The position numbers and the translations under genes were made by a program. From Octopus sinensis (lineage: Eukaryota), in NCBI RefSeq assembly GCF_006345805.1, contig NC_043024.1, positions 9,300,001 through 9,364,000 of the forward strand: 64,000 nucleotides of DNA, in the 5' to 3' direction. Each line of letters begins with the position of its first letter. Position 1 is the stretch's first letter. Below are positions 1 to 46,320 of the stretch, in pieces. The notes below the pieces were generated by a model. It was not told where the DNA came from. It did not search any database and saw only the letters and a program-made list of their open reading frames with translations.

Positions 1-3000
1 GTGACGTGGTCCATGCACAAGTTTTTGGTACCGTTTGCACTTCTTCATTACGACCTTATCTATCACAGGGTAGTCCTTGGTGTCCTCGGATCGTTTTGGG
101 CATCTCTTTTGTTCTACTAGTTGATTGTTTTCTGCAAAAAAACGTATATATTTTTCCTACAGTCTCAATCTGCCTCTCCATATCAGGCCATATCAGGCTC
201 TGTTTTTGAGAACATTTTAAAATCATCCATGAAGAGTAGGTGGTTGTGACGTGGTCCATGCACAAGTGTTTTGGTACCGTTTGCACTTCTTCATTACGAC
301 TTTATCTATCACAGGGTAGTCCTTGGTGTCCTCGGATCGTTTTGGGCATCGCTTTTGTTCTACTAGAAGTAGATTGTTTTCTGCAAAAAACGTATATATT
401 TTTCCTACAGTCTCAATCTATCTCTCCATATCAGGCCATATCAGGCTCTGTTTTTGTGAACATTTTAAAATCATCCATGAAAAGAAGGTGGTTGTGACGT
501 GGTCCATGCACAAGTGTTTTGGTACCGTTTGCATTTCTTCATTACGACCTTATCTATCACAGGGTAGTCCTTGGTGTCCTCGGATCGTTTTGGGCATCTC
601 TTTTGTTCTACTAGTTGATTGTTTTCTGCAAAAAAACGTATATATTTTTCCTACAGTCTCAATCTGCCTCTCCATATCAGGCCATATCAGGCTCTGTTTT
701 TGTGAACAGTTTTAAATCATCCATGAAAAGAAGGTGGTTGTGACGTGGTCCATGCACAAGTATTTTGGTACCGTTTGCACTTCTTCATTACGACCTTATC
801 TATCACAGGGTAGACCTTGGTGTCCTCGGATCGTTTTAGGCATCTCTTTTGTTCTATTTGTTGATTGTTTTCTGCAAAAAAACGTATATATTTTTCCTAC
901 AGTCCCAATCTGCCTCTCCATATCAGGCCATATCAGGCTCTGTTTTTGAGAACATTTTAAAATCATCCATGAAAAGAAGGTGGTTGTGACGTGGTCCATG
1001 CACAAGTGTTTTGGTACCGTTTGCACTTCTTCATTACGACCTTATCTATCACAGGGTAGTCCTTGGTGTCCTCGGATCGTTTTGGGCATCTCTTTTGTTC
1101 TACTAGTTGATTGTTTTCTGCAAAAAAACGTATATATTTTCCCTACAGTCTCAATCTGCCTCTCCATATCAGGCCGTATCAGGCTCTGTTTTTGAGAACA
1201 GTTTTAAATCATCCATGAAAAGAAGGTGTTTGTGACGTGGTCCATGCACAAGTATTTTGGTACCGTTTGCATTTCTTCATTACGACCTTATCTATCACAG
1301 GGTAGTCCTTGGTGCCCTTGGATCGTTTTGGGCATCTCTTTTGTTCTACTAGTTGATTGTTTTCTGCAAAAAAAACGTATATATTTTTCCTACAGTCTCA
1401 ATCTGCCTCTCCATATCAGGCCATATCAGACTCTGTTTTTGTGAACAGTTTTAAATCATCCATGAAAAGAAGGTGGTTGTGACGTGGTCCATGCACAAGT
1501 GTTTTGGTACCGTTTGCATTTCTTCATTACGACCTTATCTATCACAGGGTAGTCCTTGGTGCCCTGGATCGTTTTGGGCATCTCTTTTGTTCTACTAGTT
1601 GATTGTTTTCTGCAAAAAAACGTATATATTTTTCCTACAGTCTCAATCTGCCTCTCCATATCAGGCCATATCAGGCTCTGTTTTTGTGAACATTTTTAAA
1701 TCATCCATGAAAAGAAGGTGGTTGTGACGTGGTCCATGCACAAGTGTTTTGGTACCGTTTGCATTCTTCATTACGACCTTATCTATCACAGGGTAGTCCT
1801 TGGTGCCCTTGGATCGTTTTGGGCATCTCTTTTGTTCTACTAGTTGATTGTTTTCTCTGCAAAAAAACGTATATATTTTTCCTACAGTCTCATCTGCCTC
1901 TCCATATCAGGCCATATCAGGCTCTGTTTTTGTGAACAGTTTTAAATCATCCATGAAAAGAAGGTGGTTGTGACGTGGTCCATGCACAAGTGTTTTGGTA
2001 CCGTTTGCATTTCTTCATTACGACCTTATCTATCACAGGGTAGTCCTTGGTGTCCTCGGATCGTTTTGGGCATATCTTTTGTTCTACTAGTTGATTATTT
2101 TCTGCAAAAAAACGTATATATTTTTCCTACAGTCTCAACCTGCCTCTCCATATCAGGCCATATCAGGCTCTGTTTTTGTGAACATTTTTAAATCATCCAT
2201 GAAAAGAAGGTGGTTGTGACGTGGTCCATGCACAAGTGTTTTGGTACCGTTTGCATTTCTTCATTACGACCTTATCTATCACAGGGTAGCCCTTGGTGTC
2301 CTCGGATCGTTTTGGGCATATCTTTTGTTCTACTAGTTGATTGTTTTCTGCAAAAAAACGTATATATTTTTCCTACAGTCTCATTCTGCCTCTCCATATC
2401 AGGCCATATCAGGCTCTGTTTTTGTGAACATTTTTAAATCATCCATGAAAAGAAGGTGGTTGTGACGTGGTCCATGCACAAGTGTTTTGGTACCGTTTGC
2501 ATTTCTTCATTACGACCTTATCTATCACAGGGTAGCCCTTGGTGTCCTCGGATCGTTTTGGGCATATCTTTTGTTCTACTAGTTGATTGTTTTCTGCAAA
2601 AAAACGTATATATTTTTCCTACAGTCTCATTCTGCCTCTCCATATCAGGCCATATCAGGCTCTGTTTTTGTGAACATTTTTAAATCATCCATGAAAAGAA
2701 GGTGGTTGTGACGTGGTCCATGCACAAGTGTTTTGGTACCGTTTGCATTTCTTCATTACGACCTTATCTATCACAGGGTAGCCCTTGGTGCCCTTGGATC
2801 GTTTTGGGCATATCTTTTGTTCTACTAGTTGATTGTTTTCTGCAAAAAAACGTATATATTTTTCCTACAGTCTCAATCTGCCTCTCCATATCAGGCCATA
2901 TCAGGCTCTGTTTTTGTGAACATTTTTAAATCATCCATGAAAAGAAGGTGGTTGTGACGTGGTCCATGCACAAGTGTTTTGGTACCGTTTGCATTTCTTC

Positions 3001-4098
3001 ATTACGACCTTATCTATCACAGGGTAGCCCTTGGTGTCCTGGGATCGTTTTGGGCATATCTTTTGTTCTACTAGTTGATTGTTTTCTGCAAAAAAACGTA
3101 TATATTTTTCCTACAGTCTCAATCTGCCTCTCCATATCAGGCTATATCAGGCTCTGTTTTTGTGAACATTTTTAAATCATCCATGAAAAGAAGGTGGTTG
3201 TGACGTGGTCCATGCACAATTATTTTTGTACCGTTTGCACTTCTTCATTACGACCTTATCTATCACAGGGTAGTCCTTGGTGTCCTCGGATCGTTTTGGG
3301 CATCTCTTTTGTTCTACTAGTTGATTGTTTTCTGCAAAAAAACGTATATATTTTTCCTACAGTCTCAACCTGCCTCTCCATATCAGGCCATATCAGACTC
3401 TGTTTTTGTGAACAGTTTTAAATCATCCATGAAAAGAAGGTGGTTGTGACGTGGTCCATGCACAAGTGTTTTGGTACCGTTTGCACTTCATTACGACCTT
3501 ATCTATTACAGGGTAGTCCTTGGTGCCCTTGGATCGTTTTGGGCATATCTTTTGTTCTACTAGTTGATTGTTTTCTGCAAAAAAACGTATATATTTTTCC
3601 TACAGTCTCAACCTGCCTCTCCATATCAGGCCATATCAGACTCTGTTTTTGTGAACATTTTTAAATCATCCATGAAAAGAAGGTGGTTGTGACGTGGTCC
3701 ATGCACAAGTATTTTGGTACCGTTTGCACTTCTTCATTACGACCTTATCTATCACAGGGTAGTCCTTGGTGCCCTTGGATCGTTTTGGGCATCGCTTTTG
3801 TTCTACTAGAAGTAGATTGTTTTCTGCAAAAAAACGTATATATTTTTCCTACAGTCTCAATCTGCCTCTCCATATCAGGCCATATCAGGCTCTGTTTTTG
3901 AGAACATTTTTAAATCATCCATGAAAAGAAGGTGGTTGTGACGTGGTCCATGCACAAGTATTTTGGTACCGTTTGCACTTCTTCATTACGACCTTATCTA
4001 TCACAGGGTAATCCTTGGTGCCCTTGGATCGTTTTGGGCATCTCTTTTGTTCTACTAGAAGTAGATTATTTTCTGCAAAAAACGTATATATTTTTCCT
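1..4098. repeat. Tandem satellite, 246-bp unit, about 16.7 copies, runs off the left edge
   Basis: GTGACGTGGTCCATGCACAAG recurs at 1, 246, 494...; ORF starts at 1964, 2210, 2456, 2702, 2948, 3194, 3440 are exactly 246 apart; the array stops mid-unit near 4098. Confidence 0.97.
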
Positions 4099-4182
4099 GC
4101 GAGGATTTGTTAACACTTTCCACAAGAACTTAAGACAAGCAGCGAAGGGTCAGCAATCGCCAACCTAATTGCCTTTTGATGT

Positions 4183-4500
4183 GAGGGCGCGTGGCTTAGT
4201 GGTTAGGGCATTCGGCTCATGATCGTAAGGTTGTGAGTTCGATTCCCGGCGACGCGTTGTGTCCTTGAGCAAGACACTTTATTTCACGTTGCTCCAGTCC
4301 ACTCAGCTGGCAAAAATGAGTTGTACTTGTATTTCAAAGGGTCGGCCTTGTCACTCTCTGTGTCACGCTGATTATCCCCGAGAACTACGTTAAGGGTACA
4401 CGTGTCTGTGGAATGCTCAGCCATTTGCACGTTAATTTCACGAGCAAGCTGTTCCGTTGGTCGTATCAGCTGGGACCCTCGTCGTCGTAACCGGCGGAGT
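4183..4500 (+). mobile_element. tRNA-derived SINE
   Basis: A box GGCTTAGTGG and B box GAGTTCGATTCCC, then TTGTGTCCTTGAGCAAGACAC; 3' body shared with the SINE at 32462-32855. Confidence 0.8.
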
Positions 4501-4707
4501 CTTTTTTTTTTAATTGCCTTTTGACCGATTTTTCAGCAACAATTTTGTCTTTTCCTCTGCAATTCATTCCGGAACTCTTTAGGCAATTGTCTAATTGCAA
4601 TCCAATTAGTTTGTGTGTTGACGTAAACCACTTGAGCCAGTAGCCTTGGATTCTGTTTGGTCTTACCGCTTTCCAGCTTGGTAGCTTTGACACCTATATA
4701 ATTATAA

Positions 4708-4945
4708 GGCGGCGAGCTGGCAGAAACGTTAGCGCGCCGGGCGAAACGCTTAGCGGTATTTCGTCTGTCATTACATTCTGAGTTCAAATTACGCCGAGGT
4801 CGACTTTGCCTTTCATTCCTTTCGGGGTCGATAAATAAAGTACCAGTTGCGTACTGGACTGGAGTCGATGTAATCGACTTAATCCGTTTGTCTGTCCTTG
4901 TTTGTCCCCTCTATGTTTAGCCCCTTGTGGGTAGTAAAGAAATAT
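4708..4945 (+). mobile_element. tRNA-derived SINE, family B (GGCGGCGAGCTGGCAGAA...AAAGAAATA)
   Basis: Near-identical to copies at 11022, 30089, 52397, 55246; B box GAGTTCAAAT. Confidence 0.85.
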
Positions 4946-4957
4946 ATATAATTATAT

Positions 4958-6057
4958 CTTCCGTTGCTACGCGTACATGGACTTGTCTTGGAGCCTCAGG
5001 GTGACGGAGTTCGGATCTCAAGGAATGGATCAACTCAGCACCATGGTCGTGGAAAACCACTTGCTCCCAGATATTAATCCAAAATTAGCGGGTTTTGTCT
5101 GCTTCAAGAAGTAGACAACCTTCTGTGCCTCCACCTAAGCTCTTAAAAAACTGCTTCTGATTATTTGAGAATAACCTGTTTTGCTGGAACTACGATATGC
5201 GATCAGAGTAGCGTCCTACCTTTAATGTTTTTGCCCGGATATATTGTTTTAGGGTTTCGAGAACAGTTTTGAACCTCTCCTTTCCTATTTGGTATTTTGC
5301 TGGAACTGCGATAGGCGATTAGTGTTGCTTTGCGTCTTCAGTATTTTTTCTCGGATACGCTGTTCCAAGGTATCGATAAGTTTTGAACCTTTTTTTTCTG
5401 TTAATCATTTTGTTACAAGATATGCCCTCACACCTTCTTTAATATGTTTCCGTTGCCCTTTGGATCATTCCATGCGATTCAGATCTTTGCGCACGGTTTT
5501 AATATCGCCTTCGAGCCTCCGCTTCCACCACAGCTCGTTCTGTCCGCCTGCTTTCCTCTCATTTTTCCAAACCATTTCACTACTAAAATTAAATCGGATC
5601 TAATCCCGTCCCTTGTTTCCGATAGATCTTTCTTTGGAATGTACTTCAGGATCCCATCAACCTTTTGGGGTCACGCGTTTAATATTGTCACAATCGAAGC
5701 ATCTCAATTCACTGGCTCGGTCTGTGTTCTTGTAACAAGATATGCCCTCAGCCCTTCTTTAGTATGTTTCCATTGCCCTTTGGATCATTCCATACGATTC
5801 AGATCTTTGCACAAAGTTTTAATATCGCTTTCGAGCCTCCGCTTCCACACCGGCTCCTTCCGTCCGCCTGCTTTCCTCTCATTTTTTCCAGCCAGTTCCC
5901 CTACTAAAACTGAATCGGATCTAATCACATCCCTTTTTTTCCAATAGATCTTTCTTTGGACTGTACTTCAGGATCCCATCAACCTTTTGGGGGTCACGCG
6001 TTTAATATTGTCACAGTCGAAGCATCTCAATTCACTGGCTCGGTCTGTGTTCTTGTA
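4958..6057 (-). mobile_element. Degenerate R4/Dong-like non-LTR retrotransposon fragment (pre-RT region) with internal ~320-bp tandem duplication
   Basis: Minus-strand peptides VDGILKYIPKKDLSET, WWKRRLEGDIKTVRKDLNR, KQYIRAKTLKVGRYSDR and QQNRLFSNNQKQFFKSL resemble the R4/Dong ORF; stops and frameshifts present; 5411-5730 repeated at 5731-6053. Confidence 0.65.
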
Positions 6058-6487
6058 ACAATTATACACTCGAGTCTTATCATGAGGTCCCTCTGTTCCT
6101 CACGTTATACTGATTGGCCGGCCTCTCCTCTTACACAACTTCACCTTGTCTACTCATTCTCTGACCTTCACTTACATTATCCTCCTCGAAGATGATGTAC
6201 AATACTTCTATTGTATACAAAACTAGTAAAAAAAAAGTCAAAATTTATTTGAATCTTTAACAATAAACAAGTGGTAGGATAGGAATGAGGAAAAACAAGA
6301 AGAGATTGTGTAGAGAAACGAGGAGAAGTAAAGGAGGGGAAGAGGATGGTTGGTGGGGGGTGAGATTTTGCATAACACTTTTTTAAAAATCTTATTTGAT
6401 AATTTTTTGAAAACTTCCTGTTGAACCTCAAAATTTTGTCATTGGTTGATTTTTAAGCTATTAGATTTCTATACATTGTTCCACATG

Positions 6488-6601
<114 letters not shown>

Positions 6602-6631
6602 CTACGCAGTAGACATTCTAGTATGTATTAT

Positions 6632-6662
6632 TATATAAAGTGCAATCAGATATGCGTCACTC
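6632..6662 (+). promoter_or_regulatory. Candidate TATA box plus initiator for the VWA gene
   Basis: TATATAAAG at 6632-6640 and TCACTC 25 nt downstream, about 200 bp before the ATG; weak evidence in AT-rich DNA, and TTTCAG at 6805-6810 could instead be an acceptor after an upstream UTR exon. Confidence 0.25.
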
Positions 6663-6833
6663 ATTTTTGTTATTGCTAACACCTTCCCCCTTTTGTTTTT
6701 TTTTTTATTTCCGAGAAAAGTCCTTCATACACAAATGAGTGAAGTTGAGGAGAGGATTCCAAACCATTAGTTTAGGATCGAGAGAAGCCGTCTGACTTTT
6801 ATCGTTTCAGAAGAAACGAAAACATTTCCAGCC

Positions 6834-40184
<33,351 letters not shown>

Positions 40185-40389
40185 TCAGAACCAGTGACCA
40201 GCTATAAACGGTACCAATACCAATGGACTCTTATACACCCACACAAACATATCCATGCACACATATATGTATGTATATATATATATATATATATATAACA
40301 GGAAAGTTTAGAAAAATAAACAAAAGACGAAGGCAGGTGGAGTACAAACAAACAGATGTATTAGTATAACGCTCAGGAATAGAAAAAGT

Positions 40390-40444
40390 CTTTTACGTTT
40401 CGAGCCTACGCTCTTCTACAGAAAGGGACACAGAAAAACGAGAG

Positions 40445-40492
<48 letters not shown>

Positions 40493-40619
40493 TAGGAGAG
40501 TTTACGGAAAAAAACAAAAGACGAATGCAGGTGGAGCACAAACAAACAAATGTATTAGTATAACGCTCAGGAATAGAAAAAGTCTTTTACGTTTCGAGCC
40601 TACGCTCTTCTACAGAAAG
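40390..40619 (-). ncRNA. Two A6U hammerhead-like motifs (40390-40425 and 40584-40619) in TA-embedded repeats
   Basis: Same sequence as 15539-15574. Confidence 0.5.
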
Positions 40620-40965
40620 GGACACAGAAAAAAACAAGGAGAGAAACAAGGAGAGAAAAAATGCATGTAGGAGCTAACGATCTATCATACGTATGCCACT
40701 ATATATATATATATATAAAATAAAATGCAAAATGGGTCAAGAACGCAAAACATCTGGACAGTTAGGTGATACAAAAAGGGACAACGAAACATCCAGATAG
40801 ACGATACAAAGAAAACAAGGACGGTCATTCGAAGCCTTTTATCCTCAGTCAAGAACCGGATCATCCTCACAATTTCGGCTGATTAAATTATATACAGAGA
40901 ACAAAGTGTACGCACACCGCTATATATATATACATATATATAATATATATATATATACATATATA

Positions 40966-41193
<228 letters not shown>

Positions 41194-41313
41194 TATATAT
41201 ATATATATATATATAAAGTTAATCCAACATGAAAACACAAAGAGAAAACACAACAACGCGAGGACGGAACAAGTATAGTATATTGGACGCTCAGAAGGAA
41301 GGAAAGAAGGAGG

Positions 41314-41348
41314 GTTTAACGTTTCGAGCGGAGCTCTTCGTCAGAAAC
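41314..41348 (-). ncRNA. Minimal type I hammerhead motif with canonical core
   Basis: Minus strand GTTT CTGACGA A GAGC-TCC-GCTC GAAAC GTT AAAC; stem I GTTT/AAAC; triplet GUU. Confidence 0.6.
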
Positions 41349-41447
41349 AGGAAAGGAAAGATCGAAAGAAAGGAAGATGGAGGAAAAAAAATCACCAACG
41401 GTACACACGCGGTCACACAAACATATATATATATTATATCATATATA

Positions 41448-41483
<36 letters not shown>

Positions 41484-41486
<3 letters not shown>

Positions 41487-42006
41487 TGAGAAAGTTGGTG
41501 TGTGAAAGCACGTGGTTGAATATATAGAAAATAGTAAAAAGTGAAAAAACTACGGAAGGCTTGTTTTTAAAGGTTAAAAAATATATATTTGAGTCATTAT
41601 GTCTGAAGAATGTTATAAATTTTTTTCATACAATGACATAATTTTTGAAGAAATGACCGGTTTCGCGTTCAGCTTTTCAAATTGCTTACTCAAAAAAAAA
41701 GGCAAGAAATATTAAGCGATTATCTCCCTTACACCGGAAGAAATCACTTATTACCTCCCCTTATCTGGAACTCTTCTTTACACTTCTCAACGTAAACATA
41801 AGGATGTAAGAAATTTGAAAAGCTGAACGCGAAACCGGTCTTTCTTCAAAAATTATGTCATTGTATGAAAAAAATTTATAACATTCTTCAGACATATTGA
41901 CTCAAATATATATTTTTTAACCTTTTAAAACAAGCCTTCTGTAGTTTTTCACTTTTTACTATTTTCTATATATTCAACCACGTCCTTTCACACACCAACT
42001 TTCTCA

Positions 42007-42059
<53 letters not shown>

Positions 42060-42677
42060 TTATATATATATATGTATACATATATATATATAAATATAAA
42101 TATATATATATATCTATGTGTGTGTGTGTGTGTTGTATATATATATATACCTCGTTCAGAGATTTATTATTGCTTATATATATATATATATATATATAGA
42201 AAATAGTAAAAATGAAAAAACTACAGAAGGCTTGTTTTAAAAGGTTAAAAATATATATTTGAGTCATTATGTCTGAAGAATGTTAAAATTTTTTTCATAC
42301 AATGACATAATTTTTGAAGAAATGACCGGTTTCGCGTTCAGCTTTTCAAATTGCTTACTCAAAAAAAAAGGCAAGAAATATTAAGCGATTATCTCCCTTA
42401 CACCACGGAAGAAATCACTTATTTCCTCCCCTTATCTGAACTCTTCTTTACACTTCTCCAACGTAACATAAGGATGTAAGAAATTTGAAAAGCTGAACGC
42501 GAACCGGTCTTTCTTCAAAAATTATGTCATTGTATGAAAAAAATTTATAACATTCTTCAGACATATTGACTCAAATATATATTTTTTAACCTTTTAAAAC
42601 AAGCCTTCTGTAGTTTTTCACTTTTTACTATTTTCTATATATTCAACCACGTCCTTTCACACACCAACTTTCTCACC

Positions 42678-42723
<46 letters not shown>

Positions 42724-43135
42724 TATCTCTATATATATATATTATATATATAAAAATTAAATATATATATAATATATATGTGTGTATGTGTAATATATAG
42801 ATACCTCGGTGAGATGTATTATTGTGTATATATATATATATATATACCTCGTTCAGAGATTTATTATTGCTTTAATATATATATATATATATATATAGAA
42901 AATAGTAAAAATGGAAAAAACTACAGAAGGCTTGTTTAAAAAGTTAAAAAATATATATTTGAGTCAATATGTAAGAAATTTGAAAAGCTGAACGCGAAAC
43001 CGGTTGTTTCTTCAAAAACTATGTCATTGCATGAAAAAAATTTATAACATTCTTCAGATATAATGACTCAAATATATATTTTTTAACCTTTTAAAACAAG
43101 CCTTCTGTAGTTTTTTCACATTTTACTATTTTCTA
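41484..43135. mobile_element. Three foldback/MITE copies (~205-bp inverted arms) embedded in (TA)n
   Basis: 41484-42008 complete; 42196-42678 and 42894-43135 truncated or internally deleted. Confidence 0.85.
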
Positions 43136-43457
43136 TATATATATATATATACACACCATATATATATACATGTGTGTGTGTATATATGTGTCTGTGTGCG
43201 TACATGTAAATGTCGAATTATGGAAGTGCCCTATGTGTGTGTGTGTGTGTGTGTGTGAATAATTTCTGCTACTTTCATTATCTTCAAACCCAATAATGTC
43301 AGCGCTGAAGCAACTGACAAACATTTTGGATTAAGTATATATAATCCCTCGTATATCAACATATATCAAAACTCGACACACTTGCGATGTAAAGTTGCCG
43401 TAATCCCTTTAATGGTTTTGTACCACAATATGAACATCATACGCGTGTGTGTGTGTG

Positions 43458-43504
<47 letters not shown>

Positions 43505-43562
43505 TAAATGGAAAACCTTCCTGTTTTACAGAAAAAGGGTTCAACAAAATGTTCAAACTTAA

Positions 43563-43763
43563 CCCTTTAGTGTTCACATTATTCTGCCAAAATTAATCCC
43601 TTTTTAATCCACATTGTTTTGTAGCTATGAGATTTTGATGAGGTAGCTGTTAATTTTTAAAACGATATTGTAGGGCTGGTGTGAGAGACCAGATCTGGCC
43701 AGTTTGAACATAAAACAGGCAGAATACTTTTGGCCGGATATGGCCGGTTTAAATGCTAAAGGG
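43563..43763. mobile_element. piggyBac-type MITE
   Basis: TTAA|CCCTTTAG...CTAAAGGG|TTAA. Confidence 0.8.
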
Positions 43764-43990
43764 TTAAAATGTTTCTGCTCTCCTCCTCTCCTTTTTCTCT
43801 TCTCTCCCCTAATCCGTTATTTATCTCCTGTCCTTAATCCCCTTCAAATGCTTCTACTTGTGCTTCTAAAAGAATTGACATAGCTAATCTTCATTCATTA
43901 AAAAAAAGGTTTCCTCCCCACAACTTAACGATAAGATTTGTTTGCTAATGAGATGAACATTTCAAGAAGTGCAACAAAATAGCGATTACT

Positions 43991-44399
43991 TTTTACTCTC
44001 TTACTTGTTTCAATCATTTGACTGCGGCCCTGCTGGAGCACCACCTTTAGTCGAGCAAATCGACCCCAGGACTTATTCTTTGTAAGCCTAGTACTTATTC
44101 TATCGGTCTCTTTTGCCGAAGCGCTAAGTTACGGGGACGTAAACACACCAGCATCGGTTGTCAAGCAATGCTAGGGGGACAAACACAGACACACAAACAT
44201 ACACACACATATATATATATACATATATACGACAGGCTTCTTTCAGTTTCCGTCTACCAAATCCACTCACAAGGTTTTGGTTGGCCGAGGCTATAGTAGA
44301 AGACACTTGCCCAAGGTGACACGCAGTGGGACTGAACCCGGAACCATGTGGTTCGTAAGCAAGCTACTTACCGCTTACCACACAGCCACTCCTGCACCT
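43991..44399 (-). mobile_element. Family A SINE, full length
   Basis: Reverse complement of the consensus. Confidence 0.88.
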
Positions 44400-44664
44400 A
44401 TGGTGAAGTGTGCTTCTATTTCGTCATTTATTTGTTGTGGGATACAAACTCCTTCGTTAGCGGGGTAAGTGTGAAAAGGGTTATTGTCTTTTATACCTGT
44501 TGTACTACTTTCTGTCCTATCATTTCTCTGGGTATCATCTCTTTCATTGTCCTTATTGCTATCATTTCATCATTGTCGTCATCATCATCATCATCATTAT
44601 CATCCCCGCAACTATATTCTTATAGCCATTGTCTTCCATTCTGCTGATCTTCCTTTTGTCTTCA

Positions 44665-44950
44665 TTTTGGAAACATTTTTTCACGCTGAGAGTTGCTGAA
44701 GCATGGAACAAACTGCTGGCATCAGTTGTTAGTTGTCGGAGCACTGCATCCTTCAAAACTTCCATGCTTCCTGAGATTCGCCAACACTACACCTGATTTT
44801 CTCTCCTCCATACACACACAAGCATGTATCTGACTCATACACTGTTCACATCCCAGACATTTGTACATTACTGCATATGCTTTATACGCACTTTCTGACA
44901 TGTTGTGGTGCACCTGAGCACTGTATACAATAATTTCATTATTATATTAT
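44665..44950 (+). mobile_element. CR1 LINE 3' end fragment
   Basis: KHFFTLRVAEAWNKL and the 3' terminal GTGCACCTGAGCACTGT shared with the element at 35216. Confidence 0.85.
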
Positions 44951-45320
44951 TATATTTCCTTCACTGCTACTACAACTGCTATTCTGGGCCCGATAATTTG
45001 GTGTGTTTGAGTTCCTCCTGCTCTACAGTATCATTGTTACCGTTATTATTGTTCTTGGTGGTATCAATCTTTGGTAATGTTGACCTTCCCCTCACCTGAA
45101 TCTTTTCTGTTGTTGCTTTCTACACCTTTGCTTTCATATTCCTGTATGTTATATATTTTAATAATTACTGGTATCTTTATATTATATATCTAAAGCATAA
45201 TATGTTATTCATGTATGTATATTGTTGTAATTGTCATTTTACTAAATAAATAAATAAACTTACGGAGATGTACTTGCATAGCAAGTGACTTGATCTGAGA
45301 TCGTGTGCTGGAACGAAAAC

Positions 45321-45633
45321 AATTGCAGCGTGGAAAGTGTTTGTAAGCCATTTAAGAAACACACAAAACCGTTAGATTCACTTCAACATTTAAATTTAAT
45401 TTGTCAAAATATTTTCGTCGCTTTGAGACCGCGATCTGTTCACAGACAAAATTAGGGTTAGAGATACAGCTTGAAATTTTGTCAGTGAACAGGTCGCGGT
45501 CTCAAAGCGACGAAAATATTTTGACACAAATTAAATTTAAATATTGAAGTGAATCTAATAGCTTTTGTGTATTTCTTAAATGGTTTATAAACACCTTCCA
45601 CGCTGCAATTTTTTTTATATTATATTATATTAT

Positions 45634-45672
<39 letters not shown>

Positions 45673-46255
45673 TATATATATATAGTGTAATAAATAAAAT
45701 ATATGCATACATACAAACATATATGTACGTACCTACATCTACATGTATATATACATGCATATATAAATATATATACGTGTGTACAGGACACCACAAATAG
45801 ACGTAGAACTCAACGAGAAACGAAAACGTAAAAACAAACATGGAAACGGACCTTTTTTAACAACGAAAAAACAGAGTACAAGACAAACTACACAAGGAAA
45901 AATCCCCTTCATCAGCTGTCCCTAGTTCAACTCCAGCGTGTTTCGAAGGTGAGGACAGAACACGTCTCGTCGAACTAGTCCTTCCTGCGAAAGAATTAAA
46001 TAAAATTCCTTTGCAGAGGGGTAAAAACAAGGGAAAAAATGTGACAAAAAAAGGACGTAAAAACAATACAAATACAAAATAAAATACAATTACAAAAAAT
46101 ACAGTACAAGAAGGAATAGAAACAGGACAGGAAAACAAATAAAGAGGGCCTATAAGCCTAATATATATATATATATATATATATACATAATCGCAGCATG
46201 GAAGGTGTTTATAAGCCATTTAAGAAACACACAAAACCGTTAGATTCACTTCAAT

Positions 46256-46320
<65 letters not shown>

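Noticed and set aside
1-4098. Repeated 67-78 aa Cys-rich ORFs as a small-peptide gene array, or a CRISPR-like array
   Set aside because: ORFs start at GTG with no Kozak ATG or signal peptide; units are identical end to end with no unique spacers; eukaryotic context
44400-44469. ATG...G|GTAAGT as first exon of the LYRM2-like gene
   Set aside because: It ends in phase 1 whereas exon 2 needs phase 0; its ATG abuts a SINE end; 51206-51244 fits phase and family motif
45900-45980. Further hammerhead-like motifs (also 40820-40860)
   Set aside because: Core or stem II too degenerate to call
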